From: Octopus bimaculoides
Lineage: Eukaryota
Direction of reading: 5' to 3'
Assembly: GCF_001194135.2 (NCBI RefSeq)
Contig: NC_068987.1
Coordinates: forward strand, 55,861,587-55,898,514
DNA length: 36,928 nucleotides
In this document: positions 23,584-35,746 of the stretch, in pieces
Layout of the letters: each line of letters starts with the position of its first letter
Position numbering within the stretch: the first letter of the stretch is position 1
The notes under the pieces: model-generated
What the model was told of the DNA's origin: nothing
Database searches by the model: none
The model's input: only the letters and a program-made list of their open reading frames with translations
Position numbers and translations under genes: made by a program

Positions 23584-24104
23584 GTAGGTTACAAACTCTT
23601 CTTGAAATATCACCGCTTCCCCTACTTTTTTTTTCTCTCTCTCTCTCTCTCACGTTGTCCATAAAGTTATCACTCCCGTTTCTATTGTATTACAATTAAC
23701 GTTATTGCTGTTGTACATTTTTTTTGCTGATACAGTTAGCGTTGCTGACATTACTGCGATCTTTTCGGTTATTCATACGTTATAGTTGCTATCATTATTT
23801 CATGTTGTTATTAGTACTGTGTAGCCTCAGGTCAGTCGTGATCGAACAAATATCTTTGATCAAAGACGTTCTAGCTATGAACATCCTGTCAGTTTTTTTC
23901 TTTCTTTCTTTTCAAACACATTATCCAATAACATCAGTTTTTCTTTTGTTTGTCTTTTTTTTTTTGAGACAACGAGATGTCTCATAACGGTGATGTAGCT
24001 TCTATTTCTAGCATATCGAGCAACCACATAGAAATCTCTCCCGTTTGCTCGCATCATTATTATATTAATGAAACCGGTGGTTCAACAGTACTTAGTCAGA
24101 TCGT

Positions 24105-24170
24105 TTTGCGTTCGAATCCTGCTGGGGTGGCCCTTTACTTTTCATTCTTCTGGGGATTACAAAATAAGTA
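24105..24170 (+). mobile_element. Short family-2 SINE fragment
   Basis: gcgttcgaatcctgctggggtggccctttacttttcattcttctgggg...aaaataagta resembles the B box plus core of 15128-15340. Confidence 0.45.
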
Positions 24171-24365
24171 GAAGTCAAATTTCTGGTCTTGAGCCTCTGT
24201 TAGAAAATTTTCTTATATTTTTAAGGGTGATGAATTAATGGAATCGGTATAGTGGGACAAACTAATAAATGTCTCATCCTTCTTGAGGTAAATAAAGTAC
24301 CAGTTAAATACTAGGGTCCATAAAATAAAGTACAGCCGAAATACCATCATCAATTTCATCGACTG

Positions 24366-24405
24366 TTTTCTTCTTCTTCTTCTTCTTCTTCTTCTTCTTC
24401 TTCTT
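24366..24405. repeat. (CTT)n microsatellite
   Basis: Direct reading. Confidence 0.95.
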
Positions 24406-24491
24406 CGTTTCCTTTTCTTTTTATTCTTATTTTTCTTCTCTTTATTCTTTTGTTTGTTCTTGTTCACGTTTTTTTGTTCTACTTCCTTCTT

Positions 24492-24978
24492 CCATCACCA
24501 CCACCATCATCATCATCACCACCACCATAACCACCACAACCACCATCAACACCACCACCACAATCATCACCACCACCACCACCAGCATCATCAACATCAT
24601 CATCAACCACCACAGCCATCAACACCACCAGCAGCATCATCAACATCGCCTCCATCATAATCACCTCCAAAATCACTCTCACCATCACCATCACCACCAT
24701 NNNNNNNNNNNNNNNNNNNNNNNNNNNNNNNNNNNNNNNNNNNNNNNNNNNNNNNNNNNNNNNNNNNNNNNNNNNNNNNNNNNNNNNNNNNNNNNNNNNN
24801 NNNNNNNNNNNNNNNNNNNNNNNNNNNNNNNNNNNNNNNNNNNNNNNNNNNNNNNNNNNNNNNNNNNNNNNNNNNNNNNNNNNNNNNNNNNNNNNNNNNN
24901 NNNNNNNNNNNNNNNNNNNNNNNNNNNNNNNNNNNNNNNNNNNNNNNNNNNNNNNNNNNCACCACCACCACCACCACC

Positions 24979-25012
<34 letters not shown>
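24492..25012. repeat. (CAC)n/(CAT)n degenerate trinucleotide tract spanning a gap
   Basis: Direct reading; N-run at 24701-24959. Confidence 0.9.
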
Positions 25013-25467
25013 TCTGTTTGCCACTACCGCTACTGTTGCGACTTCTACTGCTGCTGTCGCTCCCATTATTATTGTTGATTTTATCCTAGAGTGTGGCAGT
25101 TCAAGTTGTTGTTGCTGTTGTTGTTTTTGTTGTTATTACTGTTACAGCGCTCGTCATTATAATATATTTATTTGTTTACTTACTGTTGTTGTTGTTGTTG
25201 TTACACCTGTACTGATTGATGCTTTTTTGCTTTATTTATTTATTTATTTTACTATTACTTTTTATTTTTTGTTTTAATTTCGTACTTGACAACAATGCTT
25301 TTGGTGACAATAATAACGATGAAGAAGACGAAAGCAATAATGGTGATGTTGATGTTGATGAATATATTGCGATAGTAATGCAAGATGTTGACATTGTCGC
25401 TATTGATGTGGTTGTTAACGTAACGTTTCTTTACTGACAATGATGACAAAAGGGAAAGAAAGCGAAG

Positions 25468-25556
25468 AGGAAGAAGAAGAAGAAGAAGAAGAAGAAGAAG
25501 AAGAAGAAGAAGAAGAAGAAGAAGAAGAAGAAGAAGAAGAAGAAGAAGAAGAAGAA
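25468..25556. repeat. (GAA)n microsatellite (about 29 units)
   Basis: Direct reading. Confidence 0.97.
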
Positions 25557-25872
25557 TGACGCAGGGTGAGGTAGGGTGTAGAATGAGGATAAAAGGAAGG
25601 AGAAAAGAGAAAACGGGGCGGTAAGACAGAAGAAAAACAATACTGTAGTTGTAGTCGCTATACCTGTTGTTGTTGTTGTTGTTGTTGTTGTTGCTGCTGC
25701 TGCTGTTGTTGTTCTTGTTAAATCGCTTTCGTGCATTTAAGCGGTTCTTCGAATTACGGATGTTGTGATTAGTTCTTAAGACGAAGAAAGACAGTCTGCG
25801 ATACACTTTCCATGGGATTCTTAGCGAAAATTAATGTGTGTATGTATACATGTATGCGTATACACACGCACG

Positions 25873-25919
<47 letters not shown>

Positions 25920-26689
25920 TTATATTTATATGTATGTATGTATGCATGTATGCATGTATGCATGTATGCATGTGTGCTTATGTGTATGCGTGTGTGTGTA
26001 TATATATATATATATANNNNNNNNNNNNNNNNNNNNNNNNNNNNNNNNNNNNNNNNNNNNNNNNNNNNNNNNNNNNNNNNNNNNNNNNNNNNNNNNNNNN
26101 NNNNNNNNNNNNNNNNNNNNNNNNNNNNNNNNNNNNNNNNNNNNNNNNNNNNNNNNNNNNNNNNNNNNNNNNNNNNNNNNNNNNNNNNNNNNNNNNNNNN
26201 NNNNNNNNNNNNNNNNNNNNNNNNNNNNNNNNNNNNNNNNNNNNNNNNNNNNNNNNNNNNNNNNNNNNNNNNNNNNNNNNNNNNNNNNNNNNNNNNNNNN
26301 NNNNNNNNNNNNNNNNNNNNNNNNNNNNNNNNNNNNAGAGGTGCTCAGTGCATGTTGTAGAGTATACGTTTTGTTCTGTTTTTTTTTTTTAATTGCAAAT
26401 TTGTCTGGTGACTCGAGAAGCAACAGGTACTGTCAATGTAAAAACCCCAAAGAATCAGGCTACCCGCGTATATCAACGGATATTTATACACCATCAATAC
26501 TGAACCGTAACAATTTCGCCTGAAGATCGCGCTAGCATGAAATTCGAATGGCTTCATGTTTAATTGTGTGTGTGCGTGTGTGAGTGTATGATTGTGTGTG
26601 TGCGTGTGTGAGTGTATGATTGTGTGTGTGTATGCGTGCGCGTGCCTGTGCGTGTGTGTATTTGCGTGCTTATGTGTGCGCGTATATCT

Positions 26690-26840
26690 TTTAGACGTCG
26701 GCCATACTGGGGCACTGCCTTGAATGATTTTAGTCGAACGAATCAAACCCTGAACTATTTTGTTTTTAAAGACGTGTACTTATTCCATTAGTCACTTTTG
26801 CTAAACCGCCAAGTTACAGGGACTTATACACACAGACATA
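26690..26840 (-). mobile_element. 3' half of a family 1-like SINE
   Basis: ggccatactggggcactgccttgaa...ttagtcgaacgaatc...gtacttattccatt...aaaccgccaagttacagggac matches 14460-14580 in the same orientation. Confidence 0.65.
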
Positions 26841-26844
26841 TATT

Positions 26845-26886
<42 letters not shown>

Positions 26887-26989
26887 CGCAGACGCACTCA
26901 TATATATTATATAAATTTGTAGTGTAATGTATGGATTCATACAATCGTGTGGCCTTCACAGAAAGCTCCTAAAGTACGAAGCATGACTA

Positions 26990-27110
26990 CATGGAACATG
27001 AACTATTCTTTCGAACAACGAAAGACACAAATGGAAGACAAAACAAACAACATAAAGAACGACCCTTCATCATTTGTACGCTGTTTTTCTAGTCTCGTAT
27101 TTCGAGCATT
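26990..27110 (-). mobile_element. Diverged copy of the unclassified repeat at 28099 and 30766
   Basis: Reverse complement ctcgaaatacgag...aatgatgaagggtcgttctttatgttg parallels cttcgaaacgcc...ctgatgaaggaaaatgttctctatgtgg. Confidence 0.35.
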
Positions 27111-27519
27111 TAACAACAATATACGCTTTCGATAAAACAGTTGCTCCCGCAAAGCAAATTTAATAAAATTTGGGATTTTGTGGAGGGTCAAAATAGGTAA
27201 CACAAACAGGATAGTGTAAACAAACAGGAAGGGCGAGCGCATAAATCAAGGTAGGACAGGCGACAAACAAGAACACGTCTTCCTTATTCTAGTTACAACA
27301 GAAATAAAGAAGGAAAGATGGCCAATGGTCACGTAGGAGCCACGTGAGCAAGGAGTGAAGGAGAAAGAGTGACAGAGTAATAGGATAGAATAGTGGGACA
27401 AGAGGAGGTAAAAGAATAAGAGAGAGAATAAAGAGAGAATAACGAAAGAATAAAAAGATCGTATAGAGTGCGCATCAGAATTATTAAGATAAAACTTACT
27501 TGGAAGAGGATGCGTGGCG

Positions 27520-28069
27520 TTCAATCATATAATAATATAAATAAACGAATTGAAGGCATGACTGATCTTGATTACTGGGACCGCCGTAAAGCCTTGAAGC
27601 TCTACTCTCTCCAACGCCGCCGCGAGCGGTACATCATCTGTACGATGTGGAAAATATACCATCAGCATTGCCCAAACGACCTGAACATTAGTTTCAAGGT
27701 TCATCCAAGGCTGGGACCACGGGCCATACGTTACCTGCCCAATTCAGGATCACAACACAAAGGTACACTGCGGCATAATTTCTTTTCTTCAACAGGCCCT
27801 GCCCATTTTAACGTTGTCCCGAAACAGAGAAAAGAGGAAAAGGATCCTATCAGCATTAAACGGAGTCTAGACAGATTTCTTCAAGGAATGCCAGACAAGC
27901 CATCCACACCTGTTGTAACTCACTCAATAAGAACTCACTACTTGAATGGACGATAAACAAAACATGACTGTAAAAAGGATTTAGATAATCCTACCAAGTG
28001 GTGCGATTAAGTTAGAGAAGGTCTGGACCAATCTTTGGTCGAAACATATCTAAGTTTATCTAAGTTTAT
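27520..28069 (+). mobile_element. 5'-truncated 3' end of a CR1/L2-group (Crack/Daphne-like) LINE
   Basis: Open frame to 27956: YWDRRKALKLYSLQRRRERY...GP.HFNVVP...KRSLDRFLQGMPDKP, a typical post-RT C-terminus. The 3' UTR ends in a stem-loop GACCA-atctt-TGGTC (28026-28040) and a tandem tail (atctaagttt)x2. The clade is inferred. Confidence 0.7.
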
Positions 28070-28098
28070 ATGTATATATGTATGTATGTATGTGTGCC

Positions 28099-28369
28099 TC
28101 ATCTTCGAAACGCCTAGTTCAGAATAGTGGCAGCCGATGAAGGAAAAGTTCCATACATGGCTTGTCTGTTTCTTTATGTGTTGATCCTGTTGTCCGTAAA
28201 AAAAGTTCGCTTTTTGTGCTTTGTTTATGTTCCCGTTCCTTTTTTGTCCACGTTTTTTTTGACGTCCTGTACCGGATATGCATCTATATATACATGTAGA
28301 TGTAGGTATGTACATATATGTATGTCTATATGCATATGCTCACATATCATTTGTATTATTATATGTATG
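28099..28369 (+). mobile_element. Unclassified dispersed repeat, copy 1
   Basis: Colinear with 30766-30994 from tcatcttcgaaacgcc to gtcctgtacc.gatatgca..tatatataca.gtaga.gtagg. Confidence 0.75.
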
Positions 28370-29002
28370 NNNNNNNNNNNNNNNNNNNNNNNNNNNNNNN
28401 NNNNNNNNNNNNNNNNNNNNNNNNNNNNNNNNNNNNNNNNNNNNNNNNNNNNNNNNNNNNNNNNNNNNNNNNNNNNNNNNNNNNNNNNNNNNNNNNNNNN
28501 NNNNNNNNNNNNNNNNNNNNNNNNNNNNNNNNNNNNNNNNNNNNNNNNNNNNNNNNNNNNNNNNNNNNNNNNNNNNNNNNNNNNNNNNNNNNNNNNNNNN
28601 NNNNNNNNNNNNNNNNNNNNNNNNNNNNNNNNNNNNNNNNNNNNNNNNNNNNNNNNNNNNNNNNNNNNNNNNNNNNNNNNNNNNNNNNNNNNNNNNNNNN
28701 NNNNNNNNNNNNNNNNNNNNNNNNNNNNNNNNNNNNNNNNNNNNNNNNNNNNNNNNNNNNNNNNNNNNNNNNNNNNNNNNNNNNNNNNTCCGAGGAAGCT
28801 ATGAGATGTCACACGATTACTCAGCTCCATGTGCAATGCATCCTTCTACAGAAACAGCTGTGAGCTAATGAAAGTGGTTGTGTAACTCCTGTTCTTTTAT
28901 CAGTCAGTAATTTATATATCTATGTCTGTGTGTGCGTGTGTTCATATATATGTGCGTGCGTGTGTATGTATGTATACTTATATATATTTGTGTGTTTGTG
29001 TA

Positions 29003-29051
<49 letters not shown>

Positions 29052-29053
<2 letters not shown>

Positions 29054-30277
29054 TAGATAGACTTCATGCTAACCAATGAAATATTTATTTATTAAAATTT
29101 GAACAAGCGATTCAGAGGGATGTAGATTTTATAACCGATTTCACAAAGCTTCACAAATGTTCAATACGCGCACCGTATGTGACACGACACACGTCAAGTC
29201 GGTAGTCCAGCTCCTGCCAAATACGCTGTAACATGTCTTGCATAATATTCTCTGCTTGGGTTTCTCTTGGCTCGTAGGAAGAGGGAGATATAGACCAGCC
29301 CTTTCACATAGATCCATAGAAAAAAATGACAAGGTGTCAAGTCAGGTAAACGTGCTGGTCATTTCAACTTCACATTATCATTATCACTGGTACGCCTGAT
29401 GCATCTCATTGAGATAAGCCCGCACAGTCAGCTTCCAGTGAGATGGAGCCCCACCCTGCTGAAAAATGAAGTGCTCATGCTCATTTGCAATGATCTCGTC
29501 AAATAACCATTTCTGGAGAATTTGCAGATAAACAACGCCCATCACGTTTTCCTCAAAGAAAAATGGTCCATAAAGACGATTCTTGGAGATTGCACAGAAC
29601 ACATTCACTTCGGTGAGTCCCTCATGTGCCCAACCGTAGCATGGGGATTTTCTTTTCCCTAAATGCGAACATTATGCTTGTTGACTTTGCCATTCGTACG
29701 GAATGTGGCCTCATCACTGAAAACAAACGCTTTTCGAACTCATCGTGAAGTTTCTCTTGTGTAACAACACAGAATTGCTTGCGCTTTTCCCTGTCATCTG
29801 TGTTTAAGGCTTGAACGAGCTGCAGCTTATAGGATGTCATTCGCATCCTTTACACACGCCAAAGAATCGTACAAGGAATCTGATTTCAATAGATATTCTT
29901 TTTACAGACTTTCTGGGGCTTCGCAGAACTTGATTAACGATATCTTCCGATGCTAGTGGTCATCCAGATCTCTTTCCTTTGCACAGAAAACCTTCCTCTT
30001 TCAATGTTTTGTGCTATTTCCAAATCTGCTTTCCAGTCGGTGCATTTTTACTGAATTTTCTCGAAAATGTACGCTGCACACACACTCTTGTTTGACTGTG
30101 TTCGAGCATATTCTAGCACAGAAAATGCCTTTTCATTGCTAGTGAAAGTCATACTTCACTTTGGAGAAAGAAAGAAAATCTTAGTTTTTACACATTTTGT
30201 CAAAAGTTGAGATCATTTGAGCGAGTATTGGTTAAGCTATTAGTCTACGAAACGTTATCAGTTTTGGAGAGGCACTG
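29052..30277 (-). mobile_element. Near full-length decayed IS630-Tc1-mariner DNA transposon
   Basis: One end begins CAGTG on the minus strand (30277). The other end keeps only partial inner-TIR similarity (tagacttcatgctaaccaat vs tagactaatagcttaaccaat) next to (TA)n. Confidence 0.85.
29141..30152 (-). pseudogene. Tc1/mariner-family transposase pseudogene (DUF4817-like N-terminus, DDE/D core)
   Basis: MTFTSNEKAFSVLEYART..., YKLQLVQALNTDDREKRKQFC, NGKVNKHNVR, VNVFCAISKNRLYGPFFFEE, FIFQQGGAPSHWKLTVRAYLNE; several frameshifts and stops. Confidence 0.88.
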
Positions 30278-30315
30278 TGTATATATACACACACACATAC
30301 ATATATATAGGCGTT

Positions 30316-30367
<52 letters not shown>

Positions 30368-30765
30368 TACACTCACATGCATATATGATTGATTTGATGC
30401 AGTATGGCCGAATGCTTAAGAAGGTACCTTCGCAATCACGAAGTGTTTGGTACGCTTCCACTTTGTGACATTTCTGTAAGTCTCATTTTCTATACCCTTG
30501 GGCCGACCCATTTCTTGTGATTAAGAACAGGGAGAAGTAAATTGTATAGAGGCCGGTCAGTGGGATTGTATTTGTAATTCAAAAATGCACCATTGTTAAA
30601 CAGTAAGTCACGCTGATTCTTTACGAGAATTTATGTTAGGGTTACTCATATCTGATGAATGCTGCTCAGTCACTAACAGTTTAAGTCAGAAGGGAGAGTA
30701 ATTGAATTAGTTTAATAAGTGAATCCGCACCCTCTAACAACAGAGATCCTCCATCAACATAAATT

Positions 30766-30994
30766 TCATCTTCGAAACGCCGGTGTTAAAATGGGGGTAG
30801 CTGATGAAGGAAAATGTTCTCTATGTGGCCTGTGTGTTTTCTGTACTCTGGTTATTATTATTTTCTTGTCAACGTTCTGTCTGCAATGTCCTGTACCCAG
30901 ATATGCACCTATATATACAGGTAGACGTAGGCATGCACATACCTGTACGTATATATGCATATACTCATTTATTATTTGTTATATATATATATAT
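30766..30994 (+). mobile_element. Unclassified dispersed repeat, copy 2
   Basis: Colinear with 28099-28369. Confidence 0.75.
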
Positions 30995-31785
30995 NNNNNN
31001 NNNNNNNNNNNNNNNNNNNNNNNNNNNNNNNNNNNNNNNNNNNNNNNNNNNNNNNNNNNNNNNNNNNNNNNNNNNNNNNNNNNNNNNNNNNNNNNNNNNN
31101 NNNNNNNNNNNNNNNNNNNNNNNNNNNNNNNNNNNNNNNNNNNNNNNNNNNNNNNNNNNNNNNNNNNNNNNNNNNNNNNNNNNNNNNNNNNNNNNNNNNN
31201 NNNNNNNNNNNNNNNNNNNNNNNNNNNNNNNNNNNNNNNNNNNNNNNNNNNNNNNNNNNNNNNNNNNNNNNNNNNNNNNNNNNNNNNNNNNNNNNNNNNN
31301 NNNNNNNNNNNNNNNNNNNNNNNNNNNNNNNNNNNNNNNNNNNNNNNNNNNNNNNNNNNNNNNNNNNNNNNNNNNNNNNNNNNNNNNNNNNNNNNNNNNN
31401 NNNNNNNNNNNNNNNNNNNNNNNNNNNNNNNNNNNNNNNNNNNNNNNNNNNNNNNNNNNNNNNNNNNNNNNNNNNNNNNNNNNNNNNNNNNNNNNNNNNN
31501 NNNNNNNNNNNNNNNNNNNNNNNNNNNNNNNNNNNNNNNNNNNNNNNNNNNNNNNNNNNNNNNNNNNNNNNNNNNNNNNNNNNNNNNNNNNNNNNNNNNN
31601 NNNNNNNNNNNNNNNNNNNNNNNNNNNNNNNNNNNNNNNNNNNNNNNNNNNNNNNNNNNNNNNNNNNNNNNNNNNNNNNNNNNNNNNNNNNNNNNNNNNN
31701 NNNNNNNNNNNNNNNNNNNNNNNNNNNNNNNNNNNNNNNNNNNNNNNNNNNNNNNNNNNNNNNNNNATATATATATATATATATA

Positions 31786-31954
31786 GGCGCAGGAGTGGCT
31801 GTGTGTGGTAGGTAGCTTGATCACCAACCACATGGTTCCGGGTTCAGTCCTCACTGCGTGGCACCTTAGGCTAGTGTCTTCTACTATAGCCTCGGGCCGA
31901 CCAAAGTCTTGAGTGGATTTGGTGGACGGAAACTGAAAGAAGCCTGTTGTACAT

Positions 31955-31986
<32 letters not shown>

Positions 31987-32037
31987 ACGCGTGTGTGTGT
32001 TTTCCCCCAACATCGCTTGACAACCGATGCTGGTGTT
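31786..32037 (+). mobile_element. tRNA-derived SINE family 1, 3'-truncated
   Basis: ggcgcaggagtggctgtgtg...ggttcagtcc...caacatcgcttgacaaccgatgctggtg matches 32463-32712. Confidence 0.9.
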
Positions 32038-32305
32038 TTTGAGGGCAGTATAAGAAACTGAAGTATGATCTTTCAGAACATGTGACACATGGTTTTCATG
32101 GTTACATTTGGCTGAAATACCTTTGGTCATAACTTTGCTGACTCAGAACTGACTAAAAGCAACAACGACGACGTCGACAGCAGCGACCTATGCACAATAA
32201 GTTAATGAAGAACTCTCCCTACGTAGTCGCTCGTAAAGCTAGAAATAGTAGCTAAATTTCGGTACTTGCCTATTATCGACAGCCAATTTTTAGTATTTCC
32301 TAAAG

Positions 32306-32967
32306 CAGTTCTTCTTACCCATGGACCCCTTTAATTCTGATTTAACTTGGGGTGGAGAATCCTCCTAGCCATTCGATGCCTGAAAGCATTTTTTTTAATG
32401 ATTAAATATTATTAGGAATTGCATAAGAAAATGTTAAAATATTTGTGTAGAGTATTTGTATAGGCGCAGGAGTGGCTTTGTGGTAAGTAGCTTGCTTACA
32501 AACCACATGGTTCTGGGTTCAGTCCCACTGCGTGGCACCTTGGGCAAGTGTCTTCTACTATAGCCTCGGGCCGACCAAAGCCTTGTGAGTGGATTTGGTA
32601 GACGGAAACTGAAAGAAGCCCATCGTATATATATGTATATATATATGTGTGTATGTGTGTTTGTGTGTCTGTGTTTGTCCCCACAACATCGCTTGACAAC
32701 CGATGCTGGTGTGTTTACGTCCCCGTAACTTAGCGGTTCGGCCTAAAGAGAGCGATAGAATAAGTACTAGGCTTACAAAGAATAAGTCCTGGGGTCGGTT
32801 TTCTCGACTAAAGGCGGTGCTCCAGCATGGCCGCAGTCAAATGACTGAAACAAGTAAAAGGGTAAAAGAGTAGTATAGAAGAATAAGCAGTTTTATTGCA
32901 TATAAATTTAAACATAATTTTATACGGACCCCCAAGGGTCATTATGAACCCCGGTTGAGAACCACTG
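32306..32967. mobile_element. Probable hAT (Charlie-like) MITE interrupted by a SINE
   Basis: Right end ggttgagaaccactg (reverse complement CAGTGGTTCTCAACC) and degenerate left end cagttcttcttacc; flanking 8-mers tcctaaag and gtctaaag; ggacccc subterminal motifs near both ends. Confidence 0.55.
32463..32871 (+). mobile_element. Full-length tRNA-derived SINE, family 1
   Basis: A-box-like tggctttgtgg, B-box-like ggttcagtccc, internal TA/TG tract and gtaaaag(a/g)gtaaaagag tail; three or more copies in the window. Confidence 0.93.
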
Positions 32968-33729
32968 GTCTAAAGGAATGGTAAATAACAATTACACTCG
33001 AGAGACTGATTTAATAGTCGACTGGCAAACTTTGCGAATAGCTTTCTCTGTTTCAAGCGCACAGAATTGAAGGCAAGAATATTAAGTAAAATTGGTGTTT
33101 TGGACAAAAGATTATTTCACAGAAGGAAACATTCACCTAATTCCAAGCCCTTTCCCTTCTTCGTGAGGTAGATATGACTGCTTCGAAAGTCACACTTGTT
33201 TAATAGTCTACTTACTTTAGTAAAATAAATAAATAAATAAATTTCAAAAAAGGGGCTGCCGATAATAGTGAAGAACCCAAATTTTCCTGCAATTCCACCC
33301 TACGTCTTGAAAAGTATACAGGTTGAATAATGTGTTATTTGGTCCCCAGCAGACGAGGGAAAAGCGACAGGCGATTTACGGGCTGGATGTTTTTGATGAT
33401 AAGCCTGCTCAGTATTGAGAAGCCCCTAGGGAAAAAACCCCGCATCAGCAGCAACAGCAACAGTAGTAGAAGCTACAATAACAACAACACATTACAATAA
33501 AAATAACAGCAACTATAACTACAAAGACGAGAATAATGTCTGTAAGACGATGCCGAGATCTACAAATACAACAGCGACAACAATAATGGCTCGCATTGAT
33601 CAAAGTGGAGGGGTTCACTGTATAAACGTCGAGGTATTGCCTCAGTTCGCATGCTGGCTCCTAAGAATTGTTTTTGTCGCTTCTACTGCAGCTGCTGTTG
33701 TTATTATTAATGCTACTACTTCTGCTTGC

Positions 33730-33745
33730 TGTTACTACTACAACA

Positions 33746-33796
<51 letters not shown>
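33730..33796. repeat. (CTA)n microsatellite at a gap edge
   Basis: Direct reading. Confidence 0.95.
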
Positions 33797-34606
33797 NNNN
33801 NNNNNNNNNNNNNNNNNNNNNNNNNNNNNNNNNNNNNNNNNNNNNNNNNNNNNNNNNNNNNNNNNNNNNNNNNNNNNNNNNNNNNNNNNNNNNNNNNNNN
33901 NNNNNNNNNNNNNNNNNNNNNNNNNNNNNNNNNNNNNNNNNNNNNNNNNNNNNNNNNNNNNNNNNNNNNNNNNNNNNNNNNNNNNNNNNNNNNNNNNNNN
34001 NNNNNNNNNNNNNNNNNNNNNNNNNNNNNNNNNNNNNNNNNNNNNNNNNNNNNNNNNNNNNNNNNNNNNNNNNNNNNNNNNNNNNNNNNNNNNNNNNNNN
34101 NNNNNNNNNNNNNNNNNNNNNNNNNNNNNNNNNNNNNNNNNNNNNNNNNNNNNNNNNNNNNNNNNNNNNNNNNNNNNNNNNNNNNNNNNNNNNNNNNNNN
34201 NNNNNNNNNNNNNNNNNNNNNNNNNNNNNNNNNNNNNNNNNNNNNNNNNNNNNNNNNNNNNNNNNNNNNNNNNNNNNNNNNNNNNNNNNNNNNNNNNNNN
34301 NNNNNNNNNNNNNNNNNNNNNNNNNNNNNNNNNNNNNNNNNNNNNNNNNNNNNNNNNNNNNNNNNNNNNNNNNNNNNNNNNNNNNNNNNNNNNNNNNNNN
34401 NNNNNNNNNNNNNNNNNNNNNNNNNNNNNNNNNNNNNNNNNNNNNNNNNNNNNNNNNNNNNNNNNNNNNNNNNNNNNNNNNNNNNNNNNNNNNNNNNNNN
34501 NNNNNNNNNNNNNNNNNNNNNNNNNNNNNNNNNNNNNNNNNNNNNNNNNNNNNNNNNNNNNNNNNNNNNNNNNNNNNNNNNNNNNNNNNNNNNNNNNNNN
34601 NNNNNN

Positions 34607-34649
<43 letters not shown>

Positions 34650-35032
34650 TGTGTGTCTGTGTGTACACATGCACATATAAATATATATACATAGATATAT
34701 ATATAAATATATGAGTTACATGTACGAACAAACACAAATGCACAGACATTTATTAACGCATATTTATAAGGATATGTATACATATATATGTATGCGTGTT
34801 TGTGTCGATATACGTGTGTGTGTGTGCGTGTGCATGTGTGTGTGAATGCATATGTATGTATATATATATAGATATATATATATAGCGCGTGCATGACTTA
34901 TACACGACTTATAATCCCCAATCTTGTTCATACAGCGACTGGGGCATAAATAGTCGGTATACATCACTTATTCGGTATTACCTGTATCCTTTTGGGTTTG
35001 GTTAAATCCAATACCCTCCTCAACCTTGTTTT

Positions 35033-35069
<37 letters not shown>

Positions 35070-35694
35070 NNNNNNNNNNNNNNNNNNNNNNNNNNNNNNN
35101 NNNNNNNNNNNNNNNNNNNNNNNNNNNNNNNNNNNNNNNNNNNNNNNNNNNNNNNNNNNNNNNNNNNNNNNNNNNNNNNNNNNNNNNNNNNNNNNNNNNN
35201 NNNNNNNNNNNNNNNNNNNNNNNNNNNNNNNNNNNNNNNNNNNNNNNNNNNNNNNNNNNNNNNNNNNNNNNNNNNNNNNNNNNNNNNNNNNNNNNNNNNN
35301 NNNNNNNNNNNNNNNNNNNNNNNNNNNNNNNNNNNNNNNNNNNNNNNNNNNNNNNNNNNNNNNNNNNNNNNNNNNNNNNNNNNNNNNNNNNNNNNNNNNN
35401 NNNNNNNNNNNNNNNNNNNNNNNNNNNNNNNNNNNNNNNNNNNNNNNNNNNNNNNNNNNNNNNNNNNNNNNNNNNNNNNNNNNNNNNNNNNNNNNNNNNN
35501 NNNNNNNNNNNNNNNNNNNNNNNNNNNNNNNNNNNNNNNNNNNNNNNNNNNNNNNNNNNNNNNNNNNNNNNNNNNNNNNNNNNNNNNNNNNNNNNNNNNN
35601 NNNNNNNNNNNNNNNNNNNNNNNNNNNNNNNNNNNNNNNNNNNNNNNNNNNNNNNNNNNNNNNNNNNNNNNNNNNNNNNNNNNNNNNNNNNNNN

Positions 35695-35746
<52 letters not shown>

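Noticed and set aside
24454-24700. Poly-His/poly-Gly ORFs
   Set aside because: They lie in a degenerate CAC/CAT microsatellite at a gap edge, with no splice context or non-repetitive coding flank.
26400-26523. Cys-containing open frame (RYCQCKNPKE)
   Set aside because: No usable acceptor or donor, and no recognised motif.
30650-30800. Type I hammerhead using CTGATGA at 30658 and GAAAC at 30774
   Set aside because: Stem II does not close, and stems I and III cannot both form with a single cleavage-site register.
32463-32540. tRNA genes suggested by A/B boxes (also at 14419, 15128, 19535, 20322, 31786)
   Set aside because: They continue into shared SINE bodies and I saw no complete cloverleaf; these are SINE heads.
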